DNA of 64,000 nt from Eledone cirrhosa. Taxonomy: Eukaryota. Each line of letters starts with the position of its first letter. Position 1 is the stretch's first letter. The translations under genes were made by a program, and so were the position numbers. The stretch is taken from contig OZ024741.1 of the NCBI GenBank assembly GCA_964016885.1, positions 321,656,001 through 321,720,000 of the forward strand. Direction: 5' to 3'. Below the pieces are notes generated by a model. That model saw only the letters and a list, made by a program, of their open reading frames with translations. It ran no database searches and was not told the origin of the DNA. Shown here piece after piece: positions 24,166 through 38,220 of the stretch.

Positions 24166-26348
24166 AAAGATTGTAGTATATAAGTTTGAAAAATAAATGT
24201 AGAATACCAAGCTTTTTTTAATATATTTTTCTTTGTTTAATATAATAGAGAATAACATTCATATTTATTTTAAAATAATAAATGTTTAAATGTAATTCGT
24301 TTTTTCTTCTTGAACACATGACTGCATAGGATGTTCCCATAAACCAATATTTTATCATAATTATTATTATTATATAATGGCCAATAAAAAAATCATTATT
24401 ACATGGGGGTGGATTGGCAGAATTGTGAGAGCATTGGACAAAATGATTTGCAGTATTGAGTTCTGGCTTTTTATGTTCAAATTCCTCTGAGGTCAACTTT
24501 GCTTTTTATCCTTTCGGTGGGGTCAACAAAATAAAGTACCAGTGAAGTTTTGGGGTCAATATAATTGCTGGTCTTGTACCTAAATTAGAAACCATTATCA
24601 TTATTATTAGGGAGGCGGATTGCCAGAATCCTTAGAGCATCAGACAAAATGCTTTGCAGCATTTAGTAATGACCCTTTACACTCTGAGTTCAACTTTGCC
24701 TTTCAGTCTTCCAGGGTTGATAAAAAAAAAGAAGTACCAATTCAGTACTCGAGTCGATTTTATCGACTTTCCCCTTTCCCCAAAATGGTTGGCTAATGCC
24801 TAAATTAGAAACTATTATTATTATTAATACAAATATAAAAACTATTTTTAAAAATTCTTATTTTAGGGTTTTGGTGGCCATCAATTCTATTTTGAAGTAT
24901 TACACAGGTGTTGAAATATATGGAATGATCTAGTTACCATTATTTGATTTCAAACAGTCACAAGACAGGGCATTTCAAGAGAAAGAACAGGCAATTGTAT
25001 CAACCAAAGTACATCACTTGTACTTACAATTTTAATAATTCTGGAAGGATGAAAAGCTAAGTCAACCTTGGTAGAATGTAAAGAAATGCAACTAAACACT
25101 ACACTGCATTTTCTTCAATGCTCTACTGATTCTGCCATCCACCACCCTAGCTATTCATAATAATAATAATGGTTTCTACTTTAGAAACAAGGCCAACATT
25201 TTTGGGGAGGGGCAAGTCGATTAAATCGACCTCAGTGTATTACTGGTACTTTATTTTATCAACCCCGTAAGGATGAAAGGCAAAGTTAACCTCGGGGGAT
25301 TTGAACTCAATAATTATTTCTAACTTAGGCACAAAGTCAGAAATTTGGGAGGAGGAGTTAGTCAATTAAATCAACCCTAGTAGTTGACTGGTACTTTATT
25401 TTATCAAGAAAGGATGAAAGGCTAAGTTGATGTCTAACAAACACTGGTACAAAGCCACAAAATAGATCAACCCTAGATGTACTTGTCTGGTACTTAGTTT
25501 ATCAACATAAAAACAAAACAATGATGATGATGATGATAATTAATGATGGAAAGGAAAAAAAAAAAAGGAATAGAATTGTAAGGGTGCTATCCTGACACAA
25601 GATGTCTCTTGAGTATTTGAAACCTGGTTGAGCCCAAACCTCTCCAGCTCAGAACTTAGCAAATTTCTTCCAGAGAAGGAAAGAGTGAAAGAAAATAGGA
25701 AATAAGAATTGACCAAAGTACTAAACTAGCACTTTATTTATTGACCTTGAAAGGATGAAAGGTAAAGTTGATCGCAGAGTGCAGGGAGCCAGAACAAATA
25801 CCTAGGCATTTAATCAGATGACCTGATGACTCTGATAATTTGCAGCTTTTGATGATGATGGGGATGAAAAAAAATAATAAGCCACATGTACATAAAATTT
25901 CTAACTGATCAATAAGTAAATCAATAAACCAATATAGTTTGGTTTGATTTGTAATATTATTAGTATTAAAAATAAAATTAAAATTTCCAAAAGATAAGCC
26001 ATATAGGCAAAACTCATTGGACAGCAGCTTTTGAGATGTAAAGCTGTCTTCAATGTGAGGGAAGATAAAGGGTGAGGGGGAATAACCCCCCCCCCCCCAT
26101 CTACTCCACACTCCTGCCCCTACCCTAACAAAAAACATTTAATGTATCACGTAAAAGAGATTTGATGCGTCTATAAAATTTGTTTCAGATAATTGTATAA
26201 CAGAGATAACAAGTTTCAGTAGTTCTTCATATGGGTCTGAGTATGGAAAAGGCTTGAACTGATTTTCATACACACATTATATATATCCATATACATATAT
26301 ATATATACATACATGTATACACACATATATATATACACACACATGTAT

Positions 26349-26395
<47 letters not shown>

Positions 26396-27189
26396 TATAT
26401 ATGTATATATATAAATATATTAAGTACGAAGAAATGGTTTTACATTTTATACTTCAATTTATTGTTTTACATAACACCTATTATGCATATTTCAAAGGCA
26501 TTAAATGGTCATTATGTAATAATGCGTTGTCATCAGATAAGTGTTGATAATATAAACAATGTTTTTGATTTTGATACACCTGTTGTACAGAGATGTTCAT
26601 TTGAGGTTTAGCAGGCATATGCTATTTCACACTGGCAATAATTAAGTGGAGCTGAGGAGTGGAAGCTTCCTTAATGGTTGTAGGAGTGAAAGTAAGTCAC
26701 TGTACTAATGGTATCTCAGTCTACTCCATTTTTATCAGTCTACCATGGTTATTAAAGGGGTTATAAAACAATTATTCTTAGGTTTTATTTTATTTTATCT
26801 ATTTCACTTTAGCTATCCTTGTCTGTACCAACTTCCATCGTTTTTATTAGTATAAAGTTATCACTATATTTGCAACAGATAATCTCAATCCTATTATTAT
26901 TATTGTTGCGTAAATATTTTCTGTTGGCATCTATAGGGCTTTAGTAAATAATTATTTAATTATTTTAGTAGTGTAGTAGGAAGCTTAAGTGTGTGAATGT
27001 GGTTATAAGCATGTGCATGAGTTCGCAATTTCATACACTCACATACATGTACATTTACATAGAACATACGTACAACCACATACATGCATATACTCATAAA
27101 TGTTCGGCCACATGCATGCACACACATATAATCATATACATACATAAAGATAGATGAATAAGAAAAGAATATATTAACATTGTAAATAA

Positions 27190-28080
27190 AAGGGAAGATA
27201 GAGCATTATGGATTAAAAGAAAGGTTATGTAAAGGTGGGAGGATGAAGGGAATTCAAGTCATATCAGGTGAAGACATGTAAACAAGCCAGGTTGTAAACG
27301 TGGAATATAGCAGAGGTTAAAGGAATTAGCTATGGGCAATGGAGGAGCCCAGTATTTCGTTGGGTAGATTAACTAGTGCACATGCACATTGACATATGCG
27401 GGGGTTGTGTTCATATTGATGTTGGAGGGTCAGAAGATTGATGTTATCTTAAGAGTTTCGAGAAAGTCCTTGATAATTTGTGTTGACATGTGTTAGAAAA
27501 GTCTGAGTGCCTGATAATTATGAGGGGTCTACTCACAATTTCCATACTTCAATAATGTATAAAGCACAACTATTTGCAAAAGATCCTCCGTCATATGTGT
27601 GTGCAGTTTTAAGTGTGAACCAAGAGTGCTGTATATTATCCTGTTTTAGCCACCATATAAGTTCAGTGCCATGCTCCCGCACTTGTCCATTCAATTGAAT
27701 GAATGGCAATGGTTGTACTACCTGTCCTTAAAACTAGTTACTGTTTATCCTATGTACTCATATACAATGTTTTCCGTAAGTCACTATTCCGCTTGGGGCA
27801 GTTTACTGGATTTCTGCAGTTGCAGTCCTTGTTGGGTGTTTGGGTTGTGTCCGAATTCTGCCTATTATGGCAGTTACACTCTCAGTCTGGGTGTTTAATG
27901 TTGTGTCTATTACTAGGTGCCCCATGAGCTGCAATGATATTTGTAGGTGTACCTCTTTATGCAGTCTCATTTAGACAATGATTCCTTTCTAATCTATTAT
28001 GGTTTATCTTGGCTATGTTTTGCGCAAGATTTATTGTTGTTGAGTATGATAACTTAACAGTATGCCTATTAAATATTCTG
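27190..28080 (-). mobile_element. Decayed Penelope-like element 3' part (Cys-rich linker / GIY-YIG region)
   Basis: Reverse strand reads KDCNCRNPVNCP followed by SFKDR..NHCHSF-like remnants typical of PLE linker plus GIY-YIG endonuclease; stops and frameshifts present. Confidence 0.6.
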
Positions 28081-28700
28081 CTGTACCTATATATATATAT
28101 ATGCAAAAAGTAAAGAATACAGTACAGTGAAGATATATATTAACTTAACACTTGATATAGTAGGAAAGAACCTTAATGTTTCAGACCCCAGTTTTTCATC
28201 AGAAGATAGAATGAGAAATAAAAGAAATAATAAGATAGAGTGTGAGAAGAGGAAGAAACGGAAAAAATAAATTGGGGGAAAAAAGCACTTGTGTGTTCAG
28301 TTAGCCATTATATATAATTACACACACTGTAATTTATATACAGACATATATGAATTATATGAGATGCAAACATATATGTTGTACATATTATATACATGTT
28401 ACAAATACATACTTAAACACATTCATGTAATGTGCTGGAAATGGTAAAGCAGACATTTGTACACCATATAAACTCTCAAATGCCAGTTTTATTTGTGCTG
28501 TAATGTTTCTTTGCTTACATGTTGTTGCATTTCTGAACACACGGAAACAACATACTTGGTTTTTATGCTTTCAGAAACGTTCAACCATTTTGATAGTCCG
28601 TACAACTCCAATGGTCTCCCGATAGATTATCATTGTCTTGTGGTTTCCTCACATATGTAACTCTTGGATACAGCTTTCACATATATACATACACACACAC

Positions 28701-28736
<36 letters not shown>

Positions 28737-28850
28737 AAATATTATTTAGCATTTAACATGAAGAGGTGGACTTGATTTATCATTTGAAAATCCACTATAA
28801 AGTTTGAAACTTTTAGCTGTAATGTAACTGAAATGTAATCCAGCTACGGA

Positions 28851-28885
<35 letters not shown>

Positions 28886-29061
28886 ATCATTAAACATTAT
28901 AGCTTGTGTGTGTATATATATATATATTTTAAATAAAAAAAAACAATAGACTTATATAAATAAATAAACGATATTAAACATAACGTGCATATGTATATAT
29001 ATATACAAGTATATACACACATATATATTTGTAGATGTAAGTGTAAAATGTTTCAGCTGAT

Positions 29062-29295
29062 TCAGTCAGCCTTCTGTCGCCGAGTCTTTGCAACATTAGA
29101 CTCCTTCTTATTAGTTTTCTTCTTTCTCTTCTCCTTGTGTTCAATTTGCTTGGCCAGTTGCCACGCCAAGACGGCACTTACAAAAAAGAATGGAGAGAGA
29201 CACAATAACACATAGTAGATAAATTCCCAGGGGCTTGTTGCAGCCCACCTGATCAATCTTCCTATCATCTCATTCCAGTCCCAGTCTTCAAACAT
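29062..29295 (-). CDS. SMIM15: Small integral membrane protein 15 (UPF0542), 77 aa, single coding exon
   Basis: WAATSPWEF..VLLCLSPFF.VSAVLAWQLAKQIE..EK.KKK..K..NVAK.RR.K.D matches the SMIM15 family pattern; acceptor ttttatcattcag| at 29357 indicates an intron in the 5'UTR. Confidence 0.92.
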   Translation of the reverse strand: MFEDWDWNEMIGRLIRWAATSPWEFIYYVLLCLSPFFFVSAVLAWQLAKQIEHKEKRKKKTNKKESNVAKTRRQKAD

Positions 29296-29604
29296 TTTGA
29301 CTATTTTCTGTTCCTGCAGTTATTCTTCAGAGAAAAGTCCAACAAACTGGAATGTACCTGAATGATAAAAATAAATATATATATATATCTTCATGAAGTA
29401 GTATAGTTTATATGATGCATTGATAGATTTATGAGAAAGAAATGAAATTTACATTTCACATCTATGCCTCCTAAGTGGTTGCATCATATAGGAGGTTTCT
29501 CATGTGTTTTTAAAGATAGGGGTCCTAGTCTAATAGGGTAAAACATGAAATAAAATGACCTGCTTAAAGAACACAATGCACTGTCTAGTCTAGGAATGTG
29601 GTTA

Positions 29605-29848
29605 AGATTGTTTCAAGAAAGCCGATACAATGCAAATTAGAAATACAAGATTGAAAACTAGAGTAGAGTATGAAAAAAACAAAAAAACAACAGTTGACCT
29701 TTTATTTCGTCACCAACACCACACTTCATTTCCTTTCTTTTGAAAGAAGGATCCTAACCTTGAAATATAACAACTCTATAATTACTCTACTCTGGTTTTA
29801 ACTCTTGTATTTCTAATTTTTATTATACCGATTTTCATAAAACAATCC
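29605..29848. mobile_element. MITE with about 60-bp imperfect TIRs and TA flanks (Tc1/mariner-type)
   Basis: gattgttt...aaattagaaatacaaga..aaaactagagtagagta mirrors tactctactctggtttt...tcttgtatttctaattt...aaacaatc. Confidence 0.6.
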
Positions 29849-29884
29849 TAACTAATAAATATAACTCTTGAGTTATATTTATTG

Positions 29885-30180
29885 GACTGAGGACTGAGCC
29901 GAGAGGACCCCACTTGCACTTCAAATTCATCACCATACTCGTTGCCAATTCTTACTTTGGTGATTGCACCTTTATACATGGTCCTCACAAGCCATTCATC
30001 TACACCTAGCTTTCTAAGTGCCCACCAGATTACAAAGCATAGGACCCTGTCAAAAGACTTCTCCATATCTACAAAAGCCAGATACAGTGGCTTACCTTTA
30101 GTTACGTACCTCTCCTGTACTTGTTTCACCGGAAACAGGGCATTAGTAGTAACCCTGCCTAGCTTAAATCCAAACTGCAT
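29885..30180 (-). mobile_element. RTE LINE RT fragment
   Basis: MQFGF...KPLYLAFVDMEKSFDRV...WWALRKLGVDEWLVR. Confidence 0.8.
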
Positions 30181-33100
30181 TCATCTAACTTATGTTTTAT
30201 ATTTAGAAGAATTAACCATATGTGCAAAATAGAAGACTGGTAAGGACATGTGATACATATGAAGGAGGGCAGTTTGGAGTTAGATGGCTCAAATGATCTA
30301 ACTGGAAGACATGGTAAGTGACCACATGTGGTGAGATGCTGTGATGAAAAAGACCTATCTAATCCATACTAGCATGGATAATCATGTATATCATCAATTT
30401 ACATCCACTTTTCCATACTTGCATAGGTTAGACAGGTCCTTTTCAGCACAGCATCTCTCCACTTGTCATGATCCTTTGTCATTTCTACGGAGAGCTTTAA
30501 TGATTTGAGATCAGCTCTCACAACTTCCACCCAATAGGGAACAGCTTTTCTTTCAAATATGTTATATTGAAAAAATAATGGTGTTTCAGTTTCATCATTT
30601 TTATTAAGGATTTTTCACATTTCCATATTATTTCTTTATGCATAATTTAAAACAATAGTGTTCCTTAATCAGTTAACAGCTGCATGGCTGGAATTAAAAT
30701 CAGTGCTGTGAAAACTAAGACACTCATCCTCTCAAGGAAGCTGTGCAGTGCACTCTAAATGTCAATGGAGTTCCACTGAAGCAGGTTGAGAAGTTCAAGT
30801 ATCTCAGGGCCATGTTCATGATTGATGGAAGGCAGGAGGCTGAATCAAGTGCAAGAATTGTGTGAGCTGGTACAGTAATGTGCCAGCTTCAGCATTCGGT
30901 AATCAGAAGGGAGGTAGGTGTAAAATCCAAACTTGCTATCTTCAATTCAGTGTTCATGACAACCCATGAATCTTGGGTAATGACCGAAAGAATATGATCG
31001 CGAATACAAGAAGCCAAAATGGGGTTCCTCCAAGGATTTTTTTTAGTAACGCTACTCAGAAGAATGCGTTTCTCCGAGATGAGAGAGTCACTCCAGGTAG
31101 AGCTGCTAATTCTTTGAATTGAGAAATCATAGCTCTGATACTATGGACATGCGATTAGAATGTCTCAGGAAAGAAACACTGGACAGATTTTATGGGCAAA
31201 ACCAACTGGCAGGAGACCCAGGGGTAGATCCCGAGCAAGATGGTTGGATAACATACATGAGCTTGGCTGGTCACACTTGGGGATCCAGCCAGATCAGTTG
31301 TCATCATCATCATCGTTTAACGTCAATCTTCCACGCTAGCATGGGTTTAGACGGGATATGCAGATGGTTGATTCTGACAGGATCTACTGGAAGGAGTATT
31401 TGAGGAGTCTGCCCCTACTACTCTCTCAGGAATAAGTGAGCAAAGAAGAGAAGTGTTTCTAAATCCATGTTTGTATTAATGTTTCGAGGTCTTCTCAGCC
31501 CCATCTTTAGAATCAGAATAGTTACACTATTGGCATATTGGCCATGTTCTTGGTAGTGATTGTATAGGATCACGGGAGTGGTAGGGAATCGTGGATGCAT
31601 AATTTAGAATTTCTCAATGGTTGAAATATGGCAGTTGTTGCTTTCACAAATGCTGTATTAGTGTGTTAATTTTTGGTTTATATTTTGATATTAATTTTTG
31701 GGGGTTGTACTATATTATATATCCTGATGGCCCATTGCTTTATGTGCATCATCATCATCATCATTTAACATGTTATTCCTGTTGGCACACATATATATAG
31801 GTAGAAACTCTATATGATATACTCAATATAGATCTTGAGTACACAAGAGGCACAGTGGGATAGCAAGCAGACTAACAGGAAAGGTATACTTTGTATATGG
31901 CAGAGGCACAGGGATAGGTGGTAGTAAGAGCATCAGGGAAATATACTTTTCTCAATCCCAGAAAAAAATCATGCTATCTAGGTGGTCTAATTAGTGGTGG
32001 AAGAGGTTGCACTGAGACCATAGCAGCTAGAGTAAGAAAAGGTTCAGGGAGCTACTATCTCTGATGACAACAAAAGTTTTCTTTCAAGATAATGAATGAC
32101 CACAAGTGGAGTGATACTGTGCAAGAAAAGACCCATTCAACCAATGCAAGCATGGATATGCAGACATAAAATAATTGTTTCTACTTTAGGCACAAGGCCA
32201 GCAGTTACCCAGTGCATTACTGGTACTTTATTTTATCGACCTCGTAAGGATGAAAGGCAAAGTTAACCTCGGCTGGATTTGAACTCAGATCATAAAGGGC
32301 CATAACACTTTGCTGCAAAGCATGACGTCCGACCCTCTACCGATACTGCCAATTCACAATAACGATGATGATGATGATATGTTCTGTCCTTTTATGTCCC
32401 ATAACGTAGCAGTTCAACAAACAAAAATACATACTGGAGTCAATGTGATTGATTAAAACCTCAGTTTAATGACTGAAACAAGTAAAAAAAAAAATAATTA
32501 AATAATATATATTTATATAAGATTTTAAATTTATCATTGAATCCTTTTTTGAGGCGATGTTTTATGACTAGATGTCCTTCCTTGTGCCAACCCTTTTAGT
32601 TGCCTTTTACGGCACACAGAGATATGGCGTAAACAAGATACACTTGGATGTTAGATAGATACAAAGGATAGGGCAAAATGGAAAAGCTTGTCATGGGACC
32701 TGCAAGACTAACTTTTGCTTTAGTAGGGAAAATGGTCTTAAAATACTTATTGTATATTGCATATATCTGTATATATAGAGAATAGAGATAACTAAGACTG
32801 CATAAATGGGTATATAAATTTACATTTTGTATATGGATATGTAAAACATGCCAAGTATATATGTATTTCTAAGAGTATATAAACTCCTTAGTTACGTATT
32901 TCCTTGTGGTTGTTTAACTCTTTAGCATTTACATTACTCTATATTTACTATTGTATTTTTGTGGTAACCACTTTATCTCACATAATATCGAATCTACGAG
33001 ATTTTGATACTTATTTTGAGAACAATACCTTAACATAAGTATGAGCAACCAGGTATGGCCAGTTTGAATAGAAAAAGGTGAAAGAATTATGGGCTGTTTA

Positions 33101-33338
33101 AATGCTAAAGGGTTAAATGATATACACACCTGATGAGGAAGCCAATTAGGTTCAAAATTTAATTCAAGGTATTTATATATTTTTCAATTCACGCTGAAAT
33201 ATGTATATTTGGCATGCTTATATGCCTATACACTAAAAATGCACGTTTACGCAATCTCGATTAGCTCTATTATGTATATATACAGATATAGCTTTATCAT
33301 ATACTTTGGTTGCTTGACACACAATATTACATATATAT

Positions 33339-33717
33339 ATATCAATAATATTAATAAATGGAAGCTATCTTTATAAAACCATATTTATTTTATTATATAT
33401 ATTTCAAGGGTACCAACATTTTGGTACGCACTCATCAGATAAAATACAAAAATTGGTTTATAGATAGTGACATATTCAGACAAGAACTTAATGTTGTGAG
33501 TTCTATTTGAATAGTCAAATGTTGTGAGTTCTATTGTGAGAATATTCAAATAGAACTCACAACATTAAGTTCTTGTCTGAATATGTCACTATCTATAAAC
33601 CAATTTTTGTATTTTATCTGATGAGGGCGTACCAAAATTTTGGTACCCTTGAAATATATATAATAAAATAAATATGGTTTAATAAAGATAGCTTCCATTT
33701 ATTAATATTATTGATAT
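33339..33717. repeat. Long palindrome (175-bp arms, 29-nt spacer) carrying a hammerhead motif in each arm
   Basis: Arms 33339-33513 and 33543-33717 are reverse complements with a few substitutions; unique tail to about 33806, then (TA)n. Confidence 0.9.
33610..33670 (+). ncRNA. Minimal type-I hammerhead ribozyme (Penelope-type)
   Basis: Stem I tattttat/ataaaata (8 bp), CTGATGA 33618-33624, stem II gggcgtaccaa-aatt-ttggtaccctt, GAAA 33651-33654, short palindromic stem III, AUA cleavage triplet 33660-33662. Confidence 0.75.
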
Positions 33718-33921
33718 TATACTCCATAAGAATACTGTTGAGTGCTTCTAATCTGTTATAAATTAAATTTGTTGAATAATCAACAAATTAAATAACTCAT
33801 TGCTTATATATATATATACACAACATACATATATATATATACACACACGTGTATATATATGTGTGTGTGTGTACACATGCTAGCGTGGAAAATGGACGTT
33901 AAACGATAATGATGATGATTA

Positions 33922-33965
<44 letters not shown>

Positions 33966-35452
33966 TCACTAAATAAACAATGATAGAGAAGGAAGACAGG
34001 TAAAGTAAAGTAGAAATAGGTAGTTATGTGAAGGTAGTGGCTGTAACGAGGAGAAACTACCAAATTTAGTCAAGCAACTGAAACCGGTATGATTGTATGA
34101 CGTGTCAATTAAGAAACAAGGTGAGCATGTGGTTGACAACATATAACATCGAAGAATGGGACACTTTACCTATACTACTGTAGTTGGTGGTGTCATTTAG
34201 CCACAAGGCCTGCAATTTTGGGGGAAGGGGAAAGTCGATTATATTAATAACAAACATGTAGTAGTCAGCTGGTTACTTATTCGACCTAATGGGGGAGCCT
34301 CTATGTGGGCGTCACACGTGCTAGAAATAGCAGCCAAACTTTTCTCAAATCACACGGATAAAAAAAGAACACATTGGACAATGTAGTCTTCGATATACAA
34401 ATGGCAGGATTGACTGGAGCTAAACAATAACTGATACTTATTTTATCGTTAGTGGAAGGATGAAACTAAATTCGAGCTCAACGTGATTCGAACTCATAAT
34501 GTGAAACTAAATATTCCAAGGAATTGTGTCCGGCGCTCTACCATTTCCACTAATCAACCGTTATCCGTGAGTTTTTAAGATAGGATAAATTTTGACAAGG
34601 AATTAAAACTGGTTAATAGTAAAATAATTGTTTCTACTTTTGGCACAAGGCCAGTAATTACCCAGTGCATTACTGGTACTTTATTTTATAGACCCCGTAA
34701 GGATGAAAGGCAAAGTAAACCTCGGCGGGATTAAAATAATGATTTTTTTTTTACTGAAGCTTAAACTCAGCTGATGTAGCGATGGAACCCCTAAACGACA
34801 GAAGTGGCTCTAGTTGAGTGTTTCCCAAAATGTGTCCCGCGATATATATATATTCGCGGGTATTAATAAATTCTGTCCAACTTTTTGTTTCATTTAATGT
34901 CTTAGACCTATTAACCTAAAATTAGGTTGGTAGGAATTGTCCGTAAAATGCAGGTAATGGCTCCACGGTGTTTGGAAAAATCAGGTAACGGTTCTTCTGT
35001 GATTAAATTTGGGAACACATTACTGCTTTACTAAATTGCTGATTGATTATTTTATCGATTTCGAGACGTTTGGTAAACAGAATTTGAACTCTATGTGACG
35101 TTGTAATTTAAAAAAAATATATTTAACAAAAAAAAAAAAAAAAAAATACATTGAATCAAACACTTTATCATTTAGACTAATAATAATTTTATTTGCTGTA
35201 ACGTAAATACGCACCAACAATTAAAATGAATCGTTCGCTAATTACAGTTTGTAGCTTCACTAAACACGTTATTTTAGATTCAAAACTTAACAGAAAACAA
35301 CTAAAGCACTAGATAGGAAGCGAGATAGTTAGAATAAAGTGCGTGTATAAAGAGAATGGAAGGGGAATTGCAGAACAGACATGAATTAGGAATTAAACAT
35401 TTTATAAATAGAAAGTAATCGGTCGTTAATTTAATATAATTACAAACCTCAC

Positions 35453-35600
35453 CTCAGAGTGAACGATATACAAAGAGTAAAGTTAGTATTAATATAAATA
35501 ATTGGTTTCTGTGAAGTCTTCACTCCATTGTAATGTGTTCATCACTAGTTAGAGAGTGCAGCTATAAGGGGGGATAAGGCAGAGATTTACAGCCCTATCT
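35453..35600 (-). promoter_or_regulatory. Candidate non-coding first exon / promoter of SMIM15
   Basis: GAG|GTGAGG donor at 35452 in a locally CpG-richer, repeat-poor stretch upstream of the SMIM15 acceptor; transcription start unknown. Confidence 0.4.
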
Positions 35601-36659
35601 AATTATTTTTATCTAAAATCGTGTGGCAACACACACACTCACATGCTGATTAAGCAGTCCTAGATTGTCCCTGTGTCATAATATAGTCTGTAGTACACTA
35701 TAGAACATATATGTGTATACACAATATATATAAAAAAAATTTCTTTTTCGTTCACAATAATTCATTTTAGATTTGTTTTATACACGCACACATACAGACA
35801 AGAGCAATTTAGAAAACAGTTGCTGAAATATATATCATCATCACCATTTAACATCCATTTCCCACGCTAGCATGGGTTAGTCGGGTTGTCCCGTTGTGAG
35901 ACAAGTCAGATCAGATGACCGTGTTTTGCTCATACAGAACTGTTTCTGGTTTGATTTCTACGGCTGGATGCCCTTCTTAAAGCCAGCCACATATACAGTG
36001 TGGATTGAGGGCTTTTTATCGTAGCACCAAAACGACCACTTTACAGTGAGGACTGGGCGCTTTTTGTCGTGCTACCAGAACGACCACTTTACAGGTTGGG
36101 CTCGGTGCTTTTGTTGTGTGGACTGGGTGCTTTTTGTCATATCACCATCACACCCACCTTACATGACAGACAGTGCTTTTTGTTGAGTCACCCACCTACC
36201 CACTTCCCAGGGCTGACTGGGTGCCTTTTGTCATGCCACCAACACTACAGGATGGGCTGGGTGCCTCCTGTCACATTCCCAACATGACCAACTCATAGGG
36301 TGGACTAGGTGCTTATTTGTTGTCACCAGCACAGGGAGGATTAAGTGCTTTTTTTTGTCATGACACCAATATGAGCACCTTACATGGTGGACAAGGAGCT
36401 TTTGTTGTACCACCAGCATGACCACATAACAGGGTAGACAGCTTTTAGCAATTTCAGCAGTATTGTGGGAGAGCATGTTCAGCTTTCCATACTTGTATAC
36501 ATGAGTTGGTCAAGAGAGGTGCATCAAGTGTGGAAAGTGGAGATGGGGTGCATGTATGTAGTGTGGGGATTGAAGAGGAAGGTCTAGGGTGAGGTAGTTA
36601 GCAGGTGAAGGGTGAAGTGATTAACATGTGGGAGGAGTATAGAAGGGGGAAGAAGTGGT

Positions 36660-38220
36660 GCATACTAGAGGCCACAAGATATTGCTTTATCCAATGCACA
36701 TGGGAAGGCATGTCTTCTGCAGTACTGTGTATATATATTTATGCCATCCTGGCAATCGCGGCAAGCATCATGCAGCATAGCAGAAAAGACCATGCTGAAA
36801 AGTGTAAGAGTGAGAACGCAACGCTGCTTCACGCTGTTAGTCAATGCAAAGGCTTCTGACTCAGCACCAACATCCAAAACTTTCATCATGGAACTGTTGA
36901 ACAATTGTGATGATCTTTCTAGGACAACCAAACTTTTCCATTATTTTTCATAGGCCATCTCTGCTGACTGTATCAAATGCCTTGGTTAAATCGACAAATG
37001 TCATGAGTGCTGCCCCTGGTGTTGTCATGTAGCAAATATATAAGCAGTGCCACGTTGTACACAGAAGCCACACTGACTTTCTGGAAGGAGATGTTGCTCA
37101 AGATATTGGAGAAGGCAATCAAGTAGGATGTAGGCTAAGATTTTCTTGGCTATGGAGAGGAGGGAGATGCTTTAGTGACTATTGCATAACTGGTGGTCAC
37201 CTTTTCTTTTGTAGATGTGAACTATACTGGCATCTTTCAACTGCTGCAGGACTTTTCCCTCATTCCATATAGATTGGAAGAGGTCAGTCAGCTTTCACCT
37301 CATGAGTGAGCCTCTTGCTTTGTAAATCTCAGCAGGGATTTATCTGATCCTAGTGTTTTTTAGCAGGAGAGTTGACTGATAGCTTTTCTAACCTTTTCCT
37401 TTGTGGAGGAGTGATCAAGGTCCTGCGGTGGGCGAGCGATATCTTCATCATTGATTGAAGCTGAGTGGGTGAGGACCTGGTTGAAGTGTTCAGTCTATCT
37501 TTGCAGAATCTTCTTTTTCTGTTCCATCTGCACCAAGGAGGGGAGAGGACTGGGGTCCATACACAGCCTTCAAAGCATCATGTCATGACTGTTTGCATAG
37601 GCCAGGATTTCATTGGCGTTATTGCTGAACCAGACAATTTGCATCCCGTATCGTTTCTTCTACACATTTCATCTGACATGGGTGAATGTATCTTTGACTG
37701 TGATGGGGGATCATTCTGGTACTCTATGAACAGTTTGTGCTTCTCTGACAACTGTGCTTGTATGTTTGTCATTCTCATCAAACAAGTCTTGATTTCTGCA
37801 AATTGCTGGCCTACAGTGTTCAAGAGCGGAAGAGTAGACAGTATCTCTGAAAGTTGTCCACTGTTCTTCAATGATGGTATGGTCATCCTTGGCTGTGCCT
37901 GATAGCCTACTATCTAGGTTTTTACAAAATATTTCTGCAACTCTGGTGATCTTCAGCTTGGAAACATTAAGTCTCTTTGCAGTCTTCTGGCCTGGAGGTC
38001 TTCTCACAGGCTGTATGTGCGTTTAAAACTTGTGACACTAAGAGTCAATGATCTGTCCAGCAGTTGGCAACACATATAGCCTTAGTTACTCTTACATCTT
38101 GCTGGTCTATCTTTCTGATGATGGCAAAGTCAATCAGATGCCAATGCCGTGAGAATGGATGCATTCAGGAAATCTTGTTACAGGTAGGGAGGCTGACTAG
38201 GGTATTTGTGATGACACGGT
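36660..38220 (-). mobile_element. Decayed BovB-like RTE LINE (EN-linker-RT remnants)
   Basis: KRLNVSKLK, EEQWTTFRDTVYSSALEH, W/LFDEND, NSVKQRCVLTLTLFSMVFSAML motifs with stops. Confidence 0.75.
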
